From: Octopus sinensis | Taxonomy: Eukaryota | NCBI RefSeq assembly: GCF_006345805.1 | Contig: NC_043018.1 | Span: forward strand, 3,348,001 to 3,412,000 | Length of the DNA stretch: 64,000 nucleotides | Reading direction: 5' to 3' | In this document: one piece after another, positions 1-12,204 of the stretch | How the letters are laid out: each line of letters opens with the position of its first letter | Position numbering within the stretch: the stretch's first letter is position 1 | Position numbers and translations under genes: made by a program | Notes under the pieces: model-generated | Told to the model about the DNA's origin: nothing | The model's input: the letters and a program-made list of their open reading frames with translations, nothing else | The model's database searches: none

Positions 1-195
1 GAAATTTTGGTGGAGGGGACCAGTTGATTAGATCAACCTCTCTATGCAACTGGTTCTTAATTTGTCAATCCCGAAAGAATGAAAGGCAAAGTCGAAGTCG
101 ACCTCGGCGGAATTTGAACTCAGAACGTAGCGGCAGACGAAATACGGTTACGCATTTCGCCCGGCGTGCTAACGTTTCTGCCAGCTCGCCGCCTT
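1..195 (-). mobile_element. tRNA-derived SINE, family 1 (GGCGGCGAGCTGGCAGAAACGTTAG head; octopus OK-like)
   Basis: Reverse complement reads ggcggcgagctggcagaaacgttagcacgccgggcg...gagttcaaattccgccgaggtcgac (A/B-box-like); more than 10 copies in the window. Family name from memory. Confidence 0.85.
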
Positions 196-339
196 TCCCC
201 ACCCTTACTATTTCTGTTCATGTGTATAAATTGGAAACATATATTTGAGGTAGAGGTAGTTGCTATTTCTTCGTGGTCAAGTGACCATGTGGAGACTCCC
301 ACGTTTGGTCGTGGTGTTTGGTTTGGTGTGGTTCGATAT

Positions 340-484
340 TTTAGCAAGTTCCGAAGTCGACTTTGCCTTTCATCCTTTCGTGGTCGATATATTAAGCAAT
401 TCCCGTGTCGATTTGTTCGACTAAAGGTGGTGCTCCAGCATGGCCGCAGTAAAGCGTCTGAAACAAGTAAAAGAATAAAAGAAT
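340..484 (+). mobile_element. Degenerate SINE 3' part
   Basis: gtcgactttgcctttcatcctttcg...gctccagcatggccgcag...ctgaaacaagtaaaagaataaaaga; tail shared with other SINE copies. Confidence 0.7.
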
Positions 485-501
485 ACAGTTCAGTATATTA
501 T

Positions 502-532
<31 letters not shown>

Positions 533-904
533 CAAATTTTAAATATTTACTTCCAAACACTTTTTCAGCAAGAACCTCAGTAGAAACATTTTAATTAATC
601 TCCCGCTCGCTATGGCGCCAGACAAATTGAAAATCATTATCCTATTGCCTGAAAATTGTAAAAAAAAAAAGCGCATTGGATATTGTAGTCGATAGATTAG
701 TGGAAAGACGAAGTGGCTTATTGTTGAAATGCTATTCGTTTCAGGTTTGTTCAATATCAATCGACTTGAGGCTAAATTGCATCGTTTACACAGCGCATGC
801 TCATGTCCATGAGAGCCTCTCTTCTCGATTGCTCAACCTGTTAAAATGTCTGAGCTTACTTTCACCCAACCGTGGTGGTGGTGGTGGGGGGGGGGGAATT
901 CAAT

Positions 905-1293
905 GTAGTTATCTTTTATTTGTTTCAGCCACGAAAATGCGGCCATGCTGGGGCACCGTGTTCAAGAATTGTTTTTTAGTCGAATGAATCGAACCCAATA
1001 CTTATATATTTCATTAAGCCTGGTACTTATCAGTCTCTTTTGCCGAACCGCTAGGTTAGTGGGACGTAAACACACTAACACATGTTGACAACCGATGATA
1101 GGGGACAAACACAGACACACACACATATACGACGGGCTTCATTCAGTTTCCATCTACTAAATTCACTCATAAGGCTCCAGATGGCTCGAGGATACAGTAG
1201 AAGACACTTGCCCAAGGTACCACGCAGTAGGACTGAACCCGGATCCATGTGATTAGAAAGCAATCTTCTTACCACACAGCCACGTCTGCGCCT
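905..1293 (-). mobile_element. SINE family 2 (CORE-like, octopus OR-like) with internal CA/TA tract
   Basis: Matches copies at 5607, 17640 and 26362: tRNA-like head, ttgggcaagtgtcttctac core, ccgaaccgcta segment, tgactgaaacaag tail. Confidence 0.8.
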
Positions 1294-1578
1294 ATATATA
1301 GTTGTTGATAAAAAAAAAGAGAGAATTAGGACAGCCACGAGTGGAATGTCTTTATTCAGATGTTATCTCGATGAAGAATGATCAATAATAGCAATAACAT
1401 ACTAAAATATCCTTTTCTACTCTAGGCACAAGGATTGAAATTTCGGGGGAGGGGACCCAGTCGATTAGACCGACCCCATTACGCATCTGGTGTCGTCACA
1501 CATTCCGTGACCGCTTCAGCGATTCTCTGTCCCGAAAGTTTAGTACACGCGCGTGCGCACGCACACACACATGTAGAA

Positions 1579-1612
<34 letters not shown>

Positions 1613-1654
1613 TATATATATTATATATATATATATAATATATATATATATCTT

Positions 1655-1996
1655 TACTCTTTTTTTTTTACTCTTTTTTACTTGTTTCAGTCATTTGACT
1701 GCAGCCATGCTGGAGCACCACATTTAATCGTGCAACTCGACCCCGGGACTTATTCTTTTGTAAGCCCAGTACTTATTTTATCGGTCACTTTTGCCGAACC
1801 GCTAAGTAACGGGGACATAAACACACCAGCATCGGTTGTCAAGCAATGCTAGGGGGACAAATACAGACACACAAACACACACACGCATATGTATATACAT
1901 ATATACGACGGGCTTCTTTCAGTTTCCGTCTACCAAATCCACTCACAAGGCTTTGGTCGGCCCGAGGCTATAGTAGAAGACACTTGCCCAAGGTGC
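1655..1996 (-). mobile_element. SINE family 2, head missing, abutting a PLE fragment
   Basis: Near-identical to the 5607-6013 copy up to cccaaggtgc, then (TA)n and PLE sequence. Confidence 0.85.
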
Positions 1997-2900
1997 TATA
2001 TATATATATATAGTTTGAATTTACAAAAAAACGAAAGACGAAGACAGATGTCTAAGCAACAAGCGGGTATATTTAACGCTCGAGAATGTGAGAAAGTCTT
2101 TTATGTTTCGAGCCTATGCTCTTCAACTGAAAGAAACATGAGAAAATAAAAAGAGAGAGAATAAAAAAAGCTTTAGTGGCTAGCAGTCAATCATGGCGAT
2201 GGCCGGACAGAGGTGGTCAGACAGGACAGCTAGGAGGAAGGGGAAATAATAAAGTAGTAGTGATCCCAAAACGAAGGTGCACGTACGTGTGCATGTGAGA
2301 GCGTGTATGTGCGTGTGGGTAAGGGCTGGTGCTTGCGTAGGTGTGTGGATGATAGTGTGGGTACTGAGAAGTGTTCAATGCTAGTGTATGCATGGTGGTG
2401 CGATGTAGTGTGGTGATGCATGGTATGTTGTGTTGTGGTTTGGTGATGTATGTTGCGGTGTGACATGATTTGGTATGGTGGTGTTGGGGTGTGGGTTGGC
2501 GTGAGAGTGTGGGGTAGGGGTGGTGTATGTGGGAGTGGGATGTGAGAGTGGGATGTGTGGGGTGGAGGTGGGATAGGATGTATAAGATGGTGGGTTTGGG
2601 AGGTGTTGGGGTGTGGTAACGATGGAGGGATGACGATGAAGGGAGAGGATGGAAGGGAGGTGTCAGAGCAAGAGATGAGAGGAGAGGTGGGTTGGAGTAA
2701 AGAGAGGATATAGGTGTGAGAGGAAGAGAGAGAAGAGAAGAGGGGAGGGGATTTGAGCCCATGAGGTGCAAAGGAGCGAAGAGAGAAGATTAATTCCTGT
2801 TCACATCGAAGACGGGAGTCCGGATGGCCCCTGTACAAGGACAATCCGAACACAGATAGGTATTTATATATAAAGGGCTTTACCACATCCAATAACAAGG
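1997..2900 (-). mobile_element. 5'-truncated Penelope-like element: GIY-YIG C-terminus, low-complexity 3' UTR, hammerhead, (TA)n
   Basis: Minus ORF 2230-2898 begins YLSVFGLSLYRGHPDSRLRCEQELIFSLRSFAPHGL, like PLE endonuclease ends (LS.CGLSL..G....R...EQ..IF.LG.L.P.G.N); followed by a CA/CT-rich tract and a hammerhead motif at 2096-2134. Confidence 0.7.
2096..2134 (-). ncRNA. Degenerate minimal type-I hammerhead ribozyme
   Basis: TCTTT-CAGTTGA-A-GAGC(ATAG)GCTC-GAAA-CA-TA/AAAGA; stems I and II pair; core has 2 mismatches to CTGATGA. Confidence 0.55.
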
Positions 2901-3464
2901 TTTTAGTCGCGCTCAGGTTCTAGTAGAAGACACTTGCCCAAAGCGACTCGCGGAGGGAACGAACTCCGAAATAAACTTGGAAAGCAAACTTCTCACTACG
3001 CAGCAACGCCTGGATTACGGCGAGCTTTCACGAAGATTTATCTTCTATTTCTAGCAAATCTTCTGACTGCGTGAACGCTTCCTCTAAATATGTGCCAGCA
3101 AGAAAGAAAGAAAGAGAGAGAGGGGGGAGAGGAGGGGAAGGCGAAAATATATGCGTCTTGCATGTATATGTGTACACGTGATATATATAATTGTGTTTGT
3201 CTTTCTGTTAATGTGTGTAGATGTGTAAGTAAATTTAACTGAATATTGGAAATGTCGTGTGAGTGTTTGAAATTTAATGAACAAAACAGAATAGAAGAGA
3301 ACATTTTTTTTAATTAAAATTAATAACTGAGATAATTATTTTATCGGTTTTGAATTATCTAGAAATTTTCTAAATTCCAGATAATTCGATATAAAACAAT
3401 AAATGGCAAAAACATTGTTTAAATGTCAACGTAAATACAAAATACGCACGCACTAGCATATACG

Positions 3465-3529
3465 TTGCAATATATATATATATGTGTATATATATATATA
3501 TGTGTGTATATATATATATATGTGTATAT

Positions 3530-3575
<46 letters not shown>

Positions 3576-3579
3576 ATAT

Positions 3580-3611
<32 letters not shown>

Positions 3612-3790
3612 CATATATATGCGTGCGTGTGTGTGTATATTTATGCATATATATATACATAATTCTTCTGCACGCACAAACGTATATACGTACACAGACA
3701 CACACACACACACACACACATAAACACACACACATATTATATGCCTGTATATATGTATATATGTATGTATATATATATACACGTATATAT

Positions 3791-3842
<52 letters not shown>

Positions 3843-3927
3843 GGCTTGTATAATATATATAAGTATATATACACATGTATATATACACACTTATATAAAT
3901 ATATTATATATATATAATATGTATATA

Positions 3928-3963
<36 letters not shown>

Positions 3964-4015
3964 TGTATGTATGTATGTATGTATGTGTATGTATGTATGT
4001 ATGTATGAATGTATG

Positions 4016-4049
<34 letters not shown>

Positions 4050-4100
4050 TGTATGTATGTATGTATGTATGTATGTATGTATGCGCGTGTATGTATACAA
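3465..4100. repeat. Compound microsatellite (TA)n/(CA)n/(TATG)n
   Basis: Directly visible. Confidence 0.95.
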
Positions 4101-4544
4101 GGTTTCATTTATATGCATTTGTGTCAGTCTATGTAGATGTATGTCATTCTTTGTATACCTGTATGTATATACTTACATATGTGTGTACAGCTTCTATACA
4201 TGTGTGTGGTTGTGTGTATGTGTGCGGCGGCGACTGAGTTTATGTACGTAGGTATAAAACCAGAAAGAATGAAATAGAGGCAGCGACTTCGAATATTAGC
4301 AAAATCACACTTGTGGAACTGGTTGAAAAGTTCGCTTCAGTAGCGCTCTACGTTAGGCCTCAGAGGTTACTCCCATCATCAGCGGTCGAAGCGTTTGGGA
4401 TGGCAAAGTGTAGAGTTACGATGGTATATAACATCCCTGGCTATCATAAGATTATTCTTGCATATATAATTGCAAGTTCAGGAAACAGTAACTTACAAAT
4501 TCCCATTTTTGGTAATAGAGGAAAGCAAAAGACACAAGGCATAA

Positions 4545-4670
4545 GAGATATATGATCCAAGGTGAGATAGGCTCGAAACGTCAAAGACTTTTCAATTTCT
4601 TCTGAGCGTCAAATGAGTACACCTGCTTGTTGTTCCCTCACCAATCTTCGTCTTTTGTTTACTGTTTACA
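4545..4670 (+). mobile_element. Second copy of the PLE terminus seen at 2.0-2.1 kb
   Basis: ataggctcgaaacgtcaaagactt...gagcgtcaaat...gcttgttg...tcttcgtcttt is homologous to the reverse complement of 2010-2120; ends in (CA)n(TA)n. Confidence 0.6.
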
Positions 4671-4714
4671 CCCCAAACACACACTCCACACATACACACA
4701 CACACACACACACA

Positions 4715-4758
<44 letters not shown>

Positions 4759-4966
4759 ATATATTGCTGACATCATGAGAAATTATAAACTTTAAGAGAA
4801 CAGGAAATAATTCTCGAAGCAGAAAAACTGTAAAAAAATACCATGTAAACTTTGGATTGAAAAAACATTTTGGATAGAAAATGTCGAAGTCTGCCTTCGA
4901 TTTTTTCCTAATCAAAGGGTTATCTGCTTCAAGATCTAGGATTTGAAAAGAGAATTAACATTTGTA

Positions 4967-4998
<32 letters not shown>

Positions 4999-5000
4999 TG

Positions 5001-5035
<35 letters not shown>

Positions 5036-5525
5036 GTAATTACATATATGTATGTACTTATATGTATATCTATTTGAACGTACATTGGGTGCTACGATTT
5101 GGAGCGCTGTTAAAGATCTTCAGCTCAACAGAAATGAAAAGAAATTTTTCGTAAAAACGAGATCAATATCAATAGTTTTGCGAGAGTTTCTCACTCCTTC
5201 TTGAAATGTTCTTTATGCATAAAAGCATGCATACCTCCCACTGGCATGAGATCGCGCCAACATGTCCATGTGCGTGAGATATACATGAGCCATTGGAATA
5301 ACGAAATAATACTGAAAAATAAAGAAATACTACATGAGCTATTGGTATTTCATTCCCGATGACCAGTTTCAATGCAATTTCTGTCAAAAAAAACCCGTAA
5401 GTTGAAGTGACACCTGAGAATTCATAAGAAACAAACTAAAAATAGAGTCAATGCTGAAATGAGACATTACTGCAGTACATATGACCTGCTCTTCAAATAA
5501 CTGTCAATTCTCAAATGTCGTTTAG

Positions 5526-5600
5526 GAGTTCACATTAGGAAAAAGCAGTCATGTGTACAAGAAGAAGTCAAGCTCTGCAGAGAGGAGACAGCCATCATAT
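5526..5600 (+). CDS. Candidate 75-nt internal exon of the host gene
   Basis: gtcgtttag|GAGTTC...CATAT|gtatgt; open in phase 0 (EFTLGKSSHVYKKKSSSAERRQPSY) and phase 1 (VHIRKKQSCVQEEVKLCREETAII). Confidence 0.4.
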
Positions 5601-5606
5601 GTATGT

Positions 5607-5811
5607 TTACTCTTTTACTTGTTTCAGTCATTTGATTGCAGCCATGCTGGAGCATGGCCTTTAGTCGAGCAAATCGACCCCGGGACTTATTCTTTTGTAA
5701 GCCCAGTACTTATTCTATCGGTCTCTTTTGCCGAACCGCTAAGTGACGGGGACCTAAACACACCAGCATCGGTTGTCAAGCAATGCTAGGGGGACAAACA
5801 CAAACACACAA

Positions 5812-5842
<31 letters not shown>

Positions 5843-6013
5843 CATATATACGACAGGCTTCTTTCAGTTTCCGTCTACCAAATCCACTCACAAGGCATTG
5901 GTCGGCCCGGGGCTATAGCAGAAGACACTTGCCCAAGATGCCACGCAGTGGGACTGAACCTGGAACTATGTGGTTGGTTAGCAAGCTACTTACCACACAG
6001 CCACTCCTGCGCC
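5607..6013 (-). mobile_element. SINE family 2, full length
   Basis: Complete head-to-tail copy with internal (CA)(TA) tract. Confidence 0.9.
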
Positions 6014-6129
6014 TATGTATCTTGTATGTTTCTTTTCTTTCTTTTTTTAATTTATAGTACATTTTGACCGGCTGCCTACTTGCTAGCAAGGTTGTGAAGG
6101 AAAAACCCTTAAATTAATCGTCATCGTTT

Positions 6130-8530
6130 AAATCTTGAAAAAGGTCTTTCAGATTTTTATAGTCTCTGATATCGTGATTATTTGTAGTGTATGAATTAAG
6201 GATTTGCATTCTCTCCCCAATATTCCAACTTCAGCCATACTTTGCTCCTGGCGGCTCGCTATGTATCCTGCCGCTCCAATGATAATAAGTATGAAGCTGA
6301 AAGTGTATCTTGGGTGAAGGATTTGCAAAATCCTTACTAATGGTCCATAGATGTCTTCTCTCCCTTGTATTTTTCTAACCACATTATTGTCAAGAGGTTA
6401 ACCAATTCCCACAACAGAACATATTTATCTCCTTGTGACCCACACAACACTAGCTGGACGGCTGTGTTTTTCATTTGGTTCTACGAATGTATTTTTGACT
6501 CATCGGTCTCAGTATAATCAATTTCGTTTGTAGGAGCGTTTTTTTAATATATAATTCTGTTCCAAACTGTTCTGGCCATCCCTTCATGCCTCGTGGGAAC
6601 ATAATATCTGAAAGACATTCTGTCACAGTTGGAAATAATGTGGTCGATATCTTCAGTTTTGGCCTTGCATAGCTGATATTTGTTTTTGTCAACTTTTTTT
6701 GCTTCTTATACTGTAGGTAATTGATGAGGGTCTCTTATTCTTGAATTACATAGAGGTAACTTCGAAACGGGATGTCATAAACTTGGCACTCCATGATCAA
6801 TCCTTTCTATTGTTCGTGTTTCTCGTGTCAAGTGCCTATATACTATCTTCTCAGGGAACTGCTCCATTATTTTACCTTGTTCTTCTGATAAATACATCTT
6901 ACCAATACTCTTTGGGGAGAGATCTGTATCACCTCTTATTCTATTCCTTTCCTCATGTTCATTAGCTTTTCTAATTGTTAGTGATTTCATGGTTTGCAAA
7001 CAGCAACAAAATAGTTACTGCTCTCTTTCTTCTGCTTCAGATGTTGTTCCAGTGTTACAATACGTGCTTCATATGAGATCATGACCACCATACTCACGTG
7101 GGAAGATTAGACTGTCTACATCTCCATCGATGTTCAAGTTTCCTGTAATACTGGTAAGCTTGCTAGTTCGAATATTTGTCTGACCGAGTTCTTACAGTGA
7201 CCAGTTCAGAAGGCCAAAAATAGGCGTGAGGCAATATACTTAGTGGTATAGGCAATATACTTAGTGTAATCTGAGATGTTTGATGACCATATTGTTTTTA
7301 CTTTCCTGGGGTCTACATTCTGGTCCTCTCATTATTTATATGTCCATCATACCCGACATTCTCATCTTGTCCACGATACCTATAATCGTCACCTGGATGT
7401 AAATGTTTTGCTTTGAAGCAATTCATAACTTTTCCACGTTTCATTGTAAAAAGAAATGCACATTTGACCTCACCAAATTTCATTCCCATGTCTGTAGACA
7501 TGGGTAGTGAGGCCCAAGTGCTTTTTTATATGGTTGATATTTGGCCCGTGGTTTCAAATCGTCGACAAAGAAAAGATGAGAGATATTTTGGGCTTTATTT
7601 CTATGGCTACTATGTTTTGTGAGCATGTATGATAGTCGATTTAATGAGAGGACGAAGAGCAACACCGACAGGATATTACCCTGAAAGACAACCTTTTGGT
7701 AGTGACTTTTGGTAGTGATTCCTAACCGCCTCGATTTGCTCCCTATCACTCATAAGGAGTTAAGTGGTGTACCAAGTCTTGGTCGGGCGTCCAATAGTGC
7801 TCACTAGTGGTTGCGGAGTTTTGACTAGCTGTAAGGCCCAGATAATCCAAACATGCGGGGTACCTTCAAAAGCCTTCTGGTAGTCCAACCACACTACAGT
7901 TAATCTGTGATACGTGGTTTGCTGTAACCCGCAGTGTCAGACTCAGAGCTGTCATTGTTTACGGTTGCTCCAGTAGGATCAAGGTTATTTTCAGAGCCCT
8001 TCACAGCTCCTTGTTAGGAGTCGCTGTGTGTCTGTCAACTTAATGTAGGTGATGGTGTCAGTAATGCTGTTATCAGTCTTTCAGGGACTGTAATTAGATG
8101 AAATGGTGTAGTAGCAATTATGCGAGCAACACGTCTTTTAAAATTGGCCGACGCGCCTTGTGATAGCAGCCGTTAATTATGTCGCGTCAGTGTGACAGCA
8201 ACATGCTCGGAAGTTGTTCAGGTTCAATTTTCAGATCAGAGACGGCTGATTTTTGTTGGTTAACTTGGATCTGCAAATACCTTATGAAATTCTGGATAAA
8301 CTTACGTGATTTTCTTCTATGAATTATCCATTTCGAAGCATCCAGGTGCGTGAATAATCTTTATAGTAAAACGTATGATGTCGTGTTTCTGATATGACTT
8401 TAGGAAATCAATCTAGCAGCATGTCGTGGCTCAATTCTTCGACAGCTTGAATATGGCTGCTGTAGTCATGCCTGACTTAGGCACGACAATAGCACGGTAG
8501 TAGAGTTTGCATGAAGCATTGTCAGATATA
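6130..8530 (-). pseudogene. Degenerate RLE-type non-LTR retrotransposon (R4/NeSL-like): RT, zinc knuckle, endonuclease end
   Basis: Frameshifted motifs VWLDYQKAFEGTPHVWIIWAL, FQGNILSVLLFVLSL, ISHLFFVDDLK, DMGMKFGEVKCA, EDIDHIISNC..RYYVPTRHEGMA, EDIYGPLVRILQILHP. Confidence 0.85.
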
Positions 8531-9589
8531 TGAAAATATTTGTGATTTCTTTTTATCAAACCAAAATAATTCTGGTTGTAAGGGAAAATACATTTAAATT
8601 GTATTTCAATATTTCAGAGTTAGGAGCTTTCTACAGGAAATCTTCGGAGAAATGGTGTACTGAGACCATACTTCTCTTTTTTATAGTGTATGTGTGTGTG
8701 TATCTGTGCGTATGTGTGTGATTAATTATATTTAAAAAATCTTGCATATATGTTTGTGTACATATACACTCACACACACACATAGATATCTATATATGTA
8801 TACACACATACATGACCTACTCACTATTAGTGTTAAGTGTTCAGTTAGTTTTCCCTTGATATATAAAAACATTCATGTGTACGTGTTTGTGCTTTTGTAT
8901 GTGTGTATATGTGTGCATACTTCTGTATATATAAAAATAGAAATATATCTGTAATTCCTACGCATACATATGAATATAAAACTTAAAGATAGTCAAGAAT
9001 CAATATGTTTCACTTCTTCCGCCTATCATTACAATTCAACTAACAATTTATCAATCAATTAATCCAATGATTGATAGATATTAATTTTCTTCCTATTTTG
9101 TTTATTTTTATTTATATCTTATATTGCTGTTTTTTTCCACTCTTGTATACTTTCCTACATAACATCTCGGATGAAGAATTTAGATACAAGATCTTAATTT
9201 ACAGTGATGGATATAATGAATTCCGTCCGCTGTATTGTTCGAACGATTCCTAGTTTATTAAACGCAGGAGGATGGAAAGTAAATTTGATCTTGGCATTAT
9301 ATAAAAGCAGGAAAATATAGTACCATTTTCTTCTCAAATTTTCTGGTTTTACACTATAATTAGAAAGCATTTTATTTGAAGGCAGAAATTCAAAATCCAT
9401 ATTTCGCTTCTGCGTGTCGCGATAATTATCACGTTTATGAATTGCCTTCCATCCTCTCAGTTTCGATAAAATAAAGTATCAACCTAAGGAATCAGATTGA
9501 AGACATCGTCGCTAGTATGATGGGACAAAATACTCTACAGAATTTATTGTTTTTTTTTATGATCTGAGTACCCTGTCATGTGTAACGAA

Positions 9590-10790
9590 CTTTGTAGGGA
9601 TCAACAAGTCCTCGTTGCAAATTTTCATAAATACTCCATTTAGCCTTGACTTCATTAGTTTCCTCCCCCATCTGATCTACTCCTTCTCAATATTTGTTTT
9701 CATTTCTGTAGTTAGTACCCTGTCAGATTCTCATACTCCTAGATACTTATAACTCTCTCTCTCTCTCCTTTCAATGATTTTAATGTCTGGCCATCTGGTA
9801 ATTGGATGCCTTCGCTGTTGCCTGCTTCTTCCCTTCTCATTACTAACATTGCACACTTATCTATACCAAATTCCATGCCTGTATCTTTACTGAAGAGTCT
9901 TACAGTCTGTATTAAGGAATCTAACTCTTTTTCATTCTTACTAAAAAGCTTCAGATCATCCATGTAGAGCAAATGGTTAATTTTTCCCCTTACTATTTCT
10001 GAACTGATACCCTGCATTTGCCTTCCTTAATACTAAACTGAAGGGGATCAAACATTAGACAAATATCAAAGGGGACAGCAAGTCCTGTAGAAAATTCCTC
10101 TTTTGATATTAACTTTCCCTAAGGCTGTGTCACCTGAGTAGAGATCTACTTTCCATTTCTTCATGCTAAAGCTAATTAATTCTCTTATGTTGTCTGCTAT
10201 ACTGAATATACTCAAACATTCACTTCTCCATGAGTGTGGGATCATGTCATAGGCTTTCCTATAATCTATCCATGCTATTGTTAGATTTTTCTTTCTAGCT
10301 TTTACTTTGTTTAAAACTGCTTTGTCTATATATAATAGATCATGCGTTCCTTTAGCCTTCTTCTTGCAACCTTTCTGTTCTGGCAGTAAATTCTGTTTTG
10401 CCAAGGTGCTCGTAAATGCTTTCTGAAAGCATTCCTGTAAACAGCTTCCACACTAATGGTAAGCTAGTGATTGAACTATAGTTGCTAGCTGTATCACCCT
10501 TGCTCTTATCATTCATAATGAGTATTGTCCTCCCTCTAGTCATCCAATATGGTATTATTCCTCCATTAAAGCAATCTTGAAGTTGTTCTCTCAGCCTCCC
10601 ATTTAACTATTAAATTGCTTTAGCCAGTATTCCTTGAACTCATTCTGGTGCTGGGCCCATCCAATTCCGCAATTTTCCAAACACTTTACTCATTAACGCA
10701 TTAGCTAATCTTAGATCTGGCTACGTCTTCCCTCACTTTCTTTAACCATATTGCATCTCGACACGTCCCCTAAGTTTCCCTTCTGACAAA
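9590..10790 (-). pseudogene. R4/Dong-like LINE RT fragment
   Basis: RGRTILIM, EQKGCKK, AWIDYRKAYDMIPHSW, KRGIF, INHLLYMDDLKLF, FSKDTGMEFGIDKCA. Confidence 0.9.
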
Positions 10791-10800
10791 AATTAGCAGA

Positions 10801-10999
<199 letters not shown>

Positions 11000-11553
11000 G
11001 AGTGAGAGAGCAGTTCATGCCATCAAAGTGACACTGGGGTAAAATATACGAAGCCCAATATACCCATCATGACTACCCGTCTGATAAAGGTACACCAGGC
11101 ACATGCATCACAACCATATGTGCGCGACATGGTAATCTCATATCAAAATAAACAGCACATGACCTTGCAGGTGGGGCCCAGTTAGAATTTTCTTCAGGTT
11201 GAGTAGCCCATCCTGCTCAAAAGGTCCCTGAATAAGGGTGGCTTTAGGATGTTGAACGAAACACCTATGTTTCCAGAGGTGAATTATTCAAACTCCAAAG
11301 AATCCCTCTCAACACATGGCCATGATGCTCCCCCACTACTTCTGCTCGTGATCAGAGATGCACGTATTGTCAGCCACTAAGGGACATGCTCAACTGGTTA
11401 AGGTCAAACAACTGACAAGCAAATTTGTGGTATTGAGCAGAATATTTGCTGTAGCCCATCTTTTATACCAAGACAAAACAATGTACATGATAACACTTCC
11501 AATCAGTTAAGATCAGAAGCCATGAGAGCCACTGCCTGGTACTGCATCAGGGC

Positions 11554-11556
<3 letters not shown>
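11000..11556. mobile_element. Unclassified ~560-bp repeat flanked by (ATT)n, copy 1
   Basis: Homologous to 13860-14406 and 47362-47847; no ORF; (ATT)n on both sides. Confidence 0.8.
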
Positions 11557-11613
<57 letters not shown>

Positions 11614-11619
11614 CATTAT

Positions 11620-12200
11620 TATTAGTATCATTGCCTTTGCACAGCTTCTAACGCTGGAAATGTACTACGGTGTCAGCTGTTCACTACCGGTGAACTAAGG
11701 TAACACCTCTTATTTTTCGAGCACCTTCTAGAGTATTCGTGCGGTTGCAAGCAGTGCTGTTTTCTGCAAGTACTCCACCCTTATTGTAGCCCCTATTTGT
11801 TCCATGTACTTCTCGAGATTTTTGCTCACTGTTCTAAGGGCTCCGACAATTATTGATACTTCTGCTACCTTTTTAACGGACCACAACTTCTTAACTTCCC
11901 AAGCTAACCTGTCATATCTCTCGACTTTCCTTTCTTCCTTATCGCATACCTTGTTGTCAGCTGCGCATGCTATATCTATGATCCAGCATAGTTTGCTTTC
12001 TTTCTCAATTAAGACTATGTCCGGCTTCCTATTCACTATCTTTTGGTCGCACTGAATCATAAAATCCCATAGGATCTTTGCATTTCTATTTTTGACAATA
12101 CCTTCGGGTTTGTGGTCGTATCAATCTTTTGCTCCGTTAAGTCCATACTTGTTGCAAAGTGTCCAATGGATAAGGCTGGCTATATTGTCGTGACGTCCTT
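11620..12200 (-). mobile_element. R4/Dong-like LINE 3' end: RLE endonuclease, short 3' UTR, (TAA)n
   Basis: RHDNIASLIHWTLC...KILWDFMIQCD...NRKPDIVLIEK...CWIIDIAC...KVERYDRLAWEVKKLW...IIVGAL; ends directly in (TAA)n. Confidence 0.9.
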
Positions 12201-12204
12201 CTAA

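Noticed and set aside
745-812. Possible terminal exon GLFNINRLEAKLHRLHSACSCP* after tattcgtttcag
   Set aside because: Only an acceptor and 22 codons; no upstream context or recognisable family
9165-9255. CGGATGAAG...hairpin...GAACGATT hammerhead-like trace
   Set aside because: Core, GAAA and stem I are all defective
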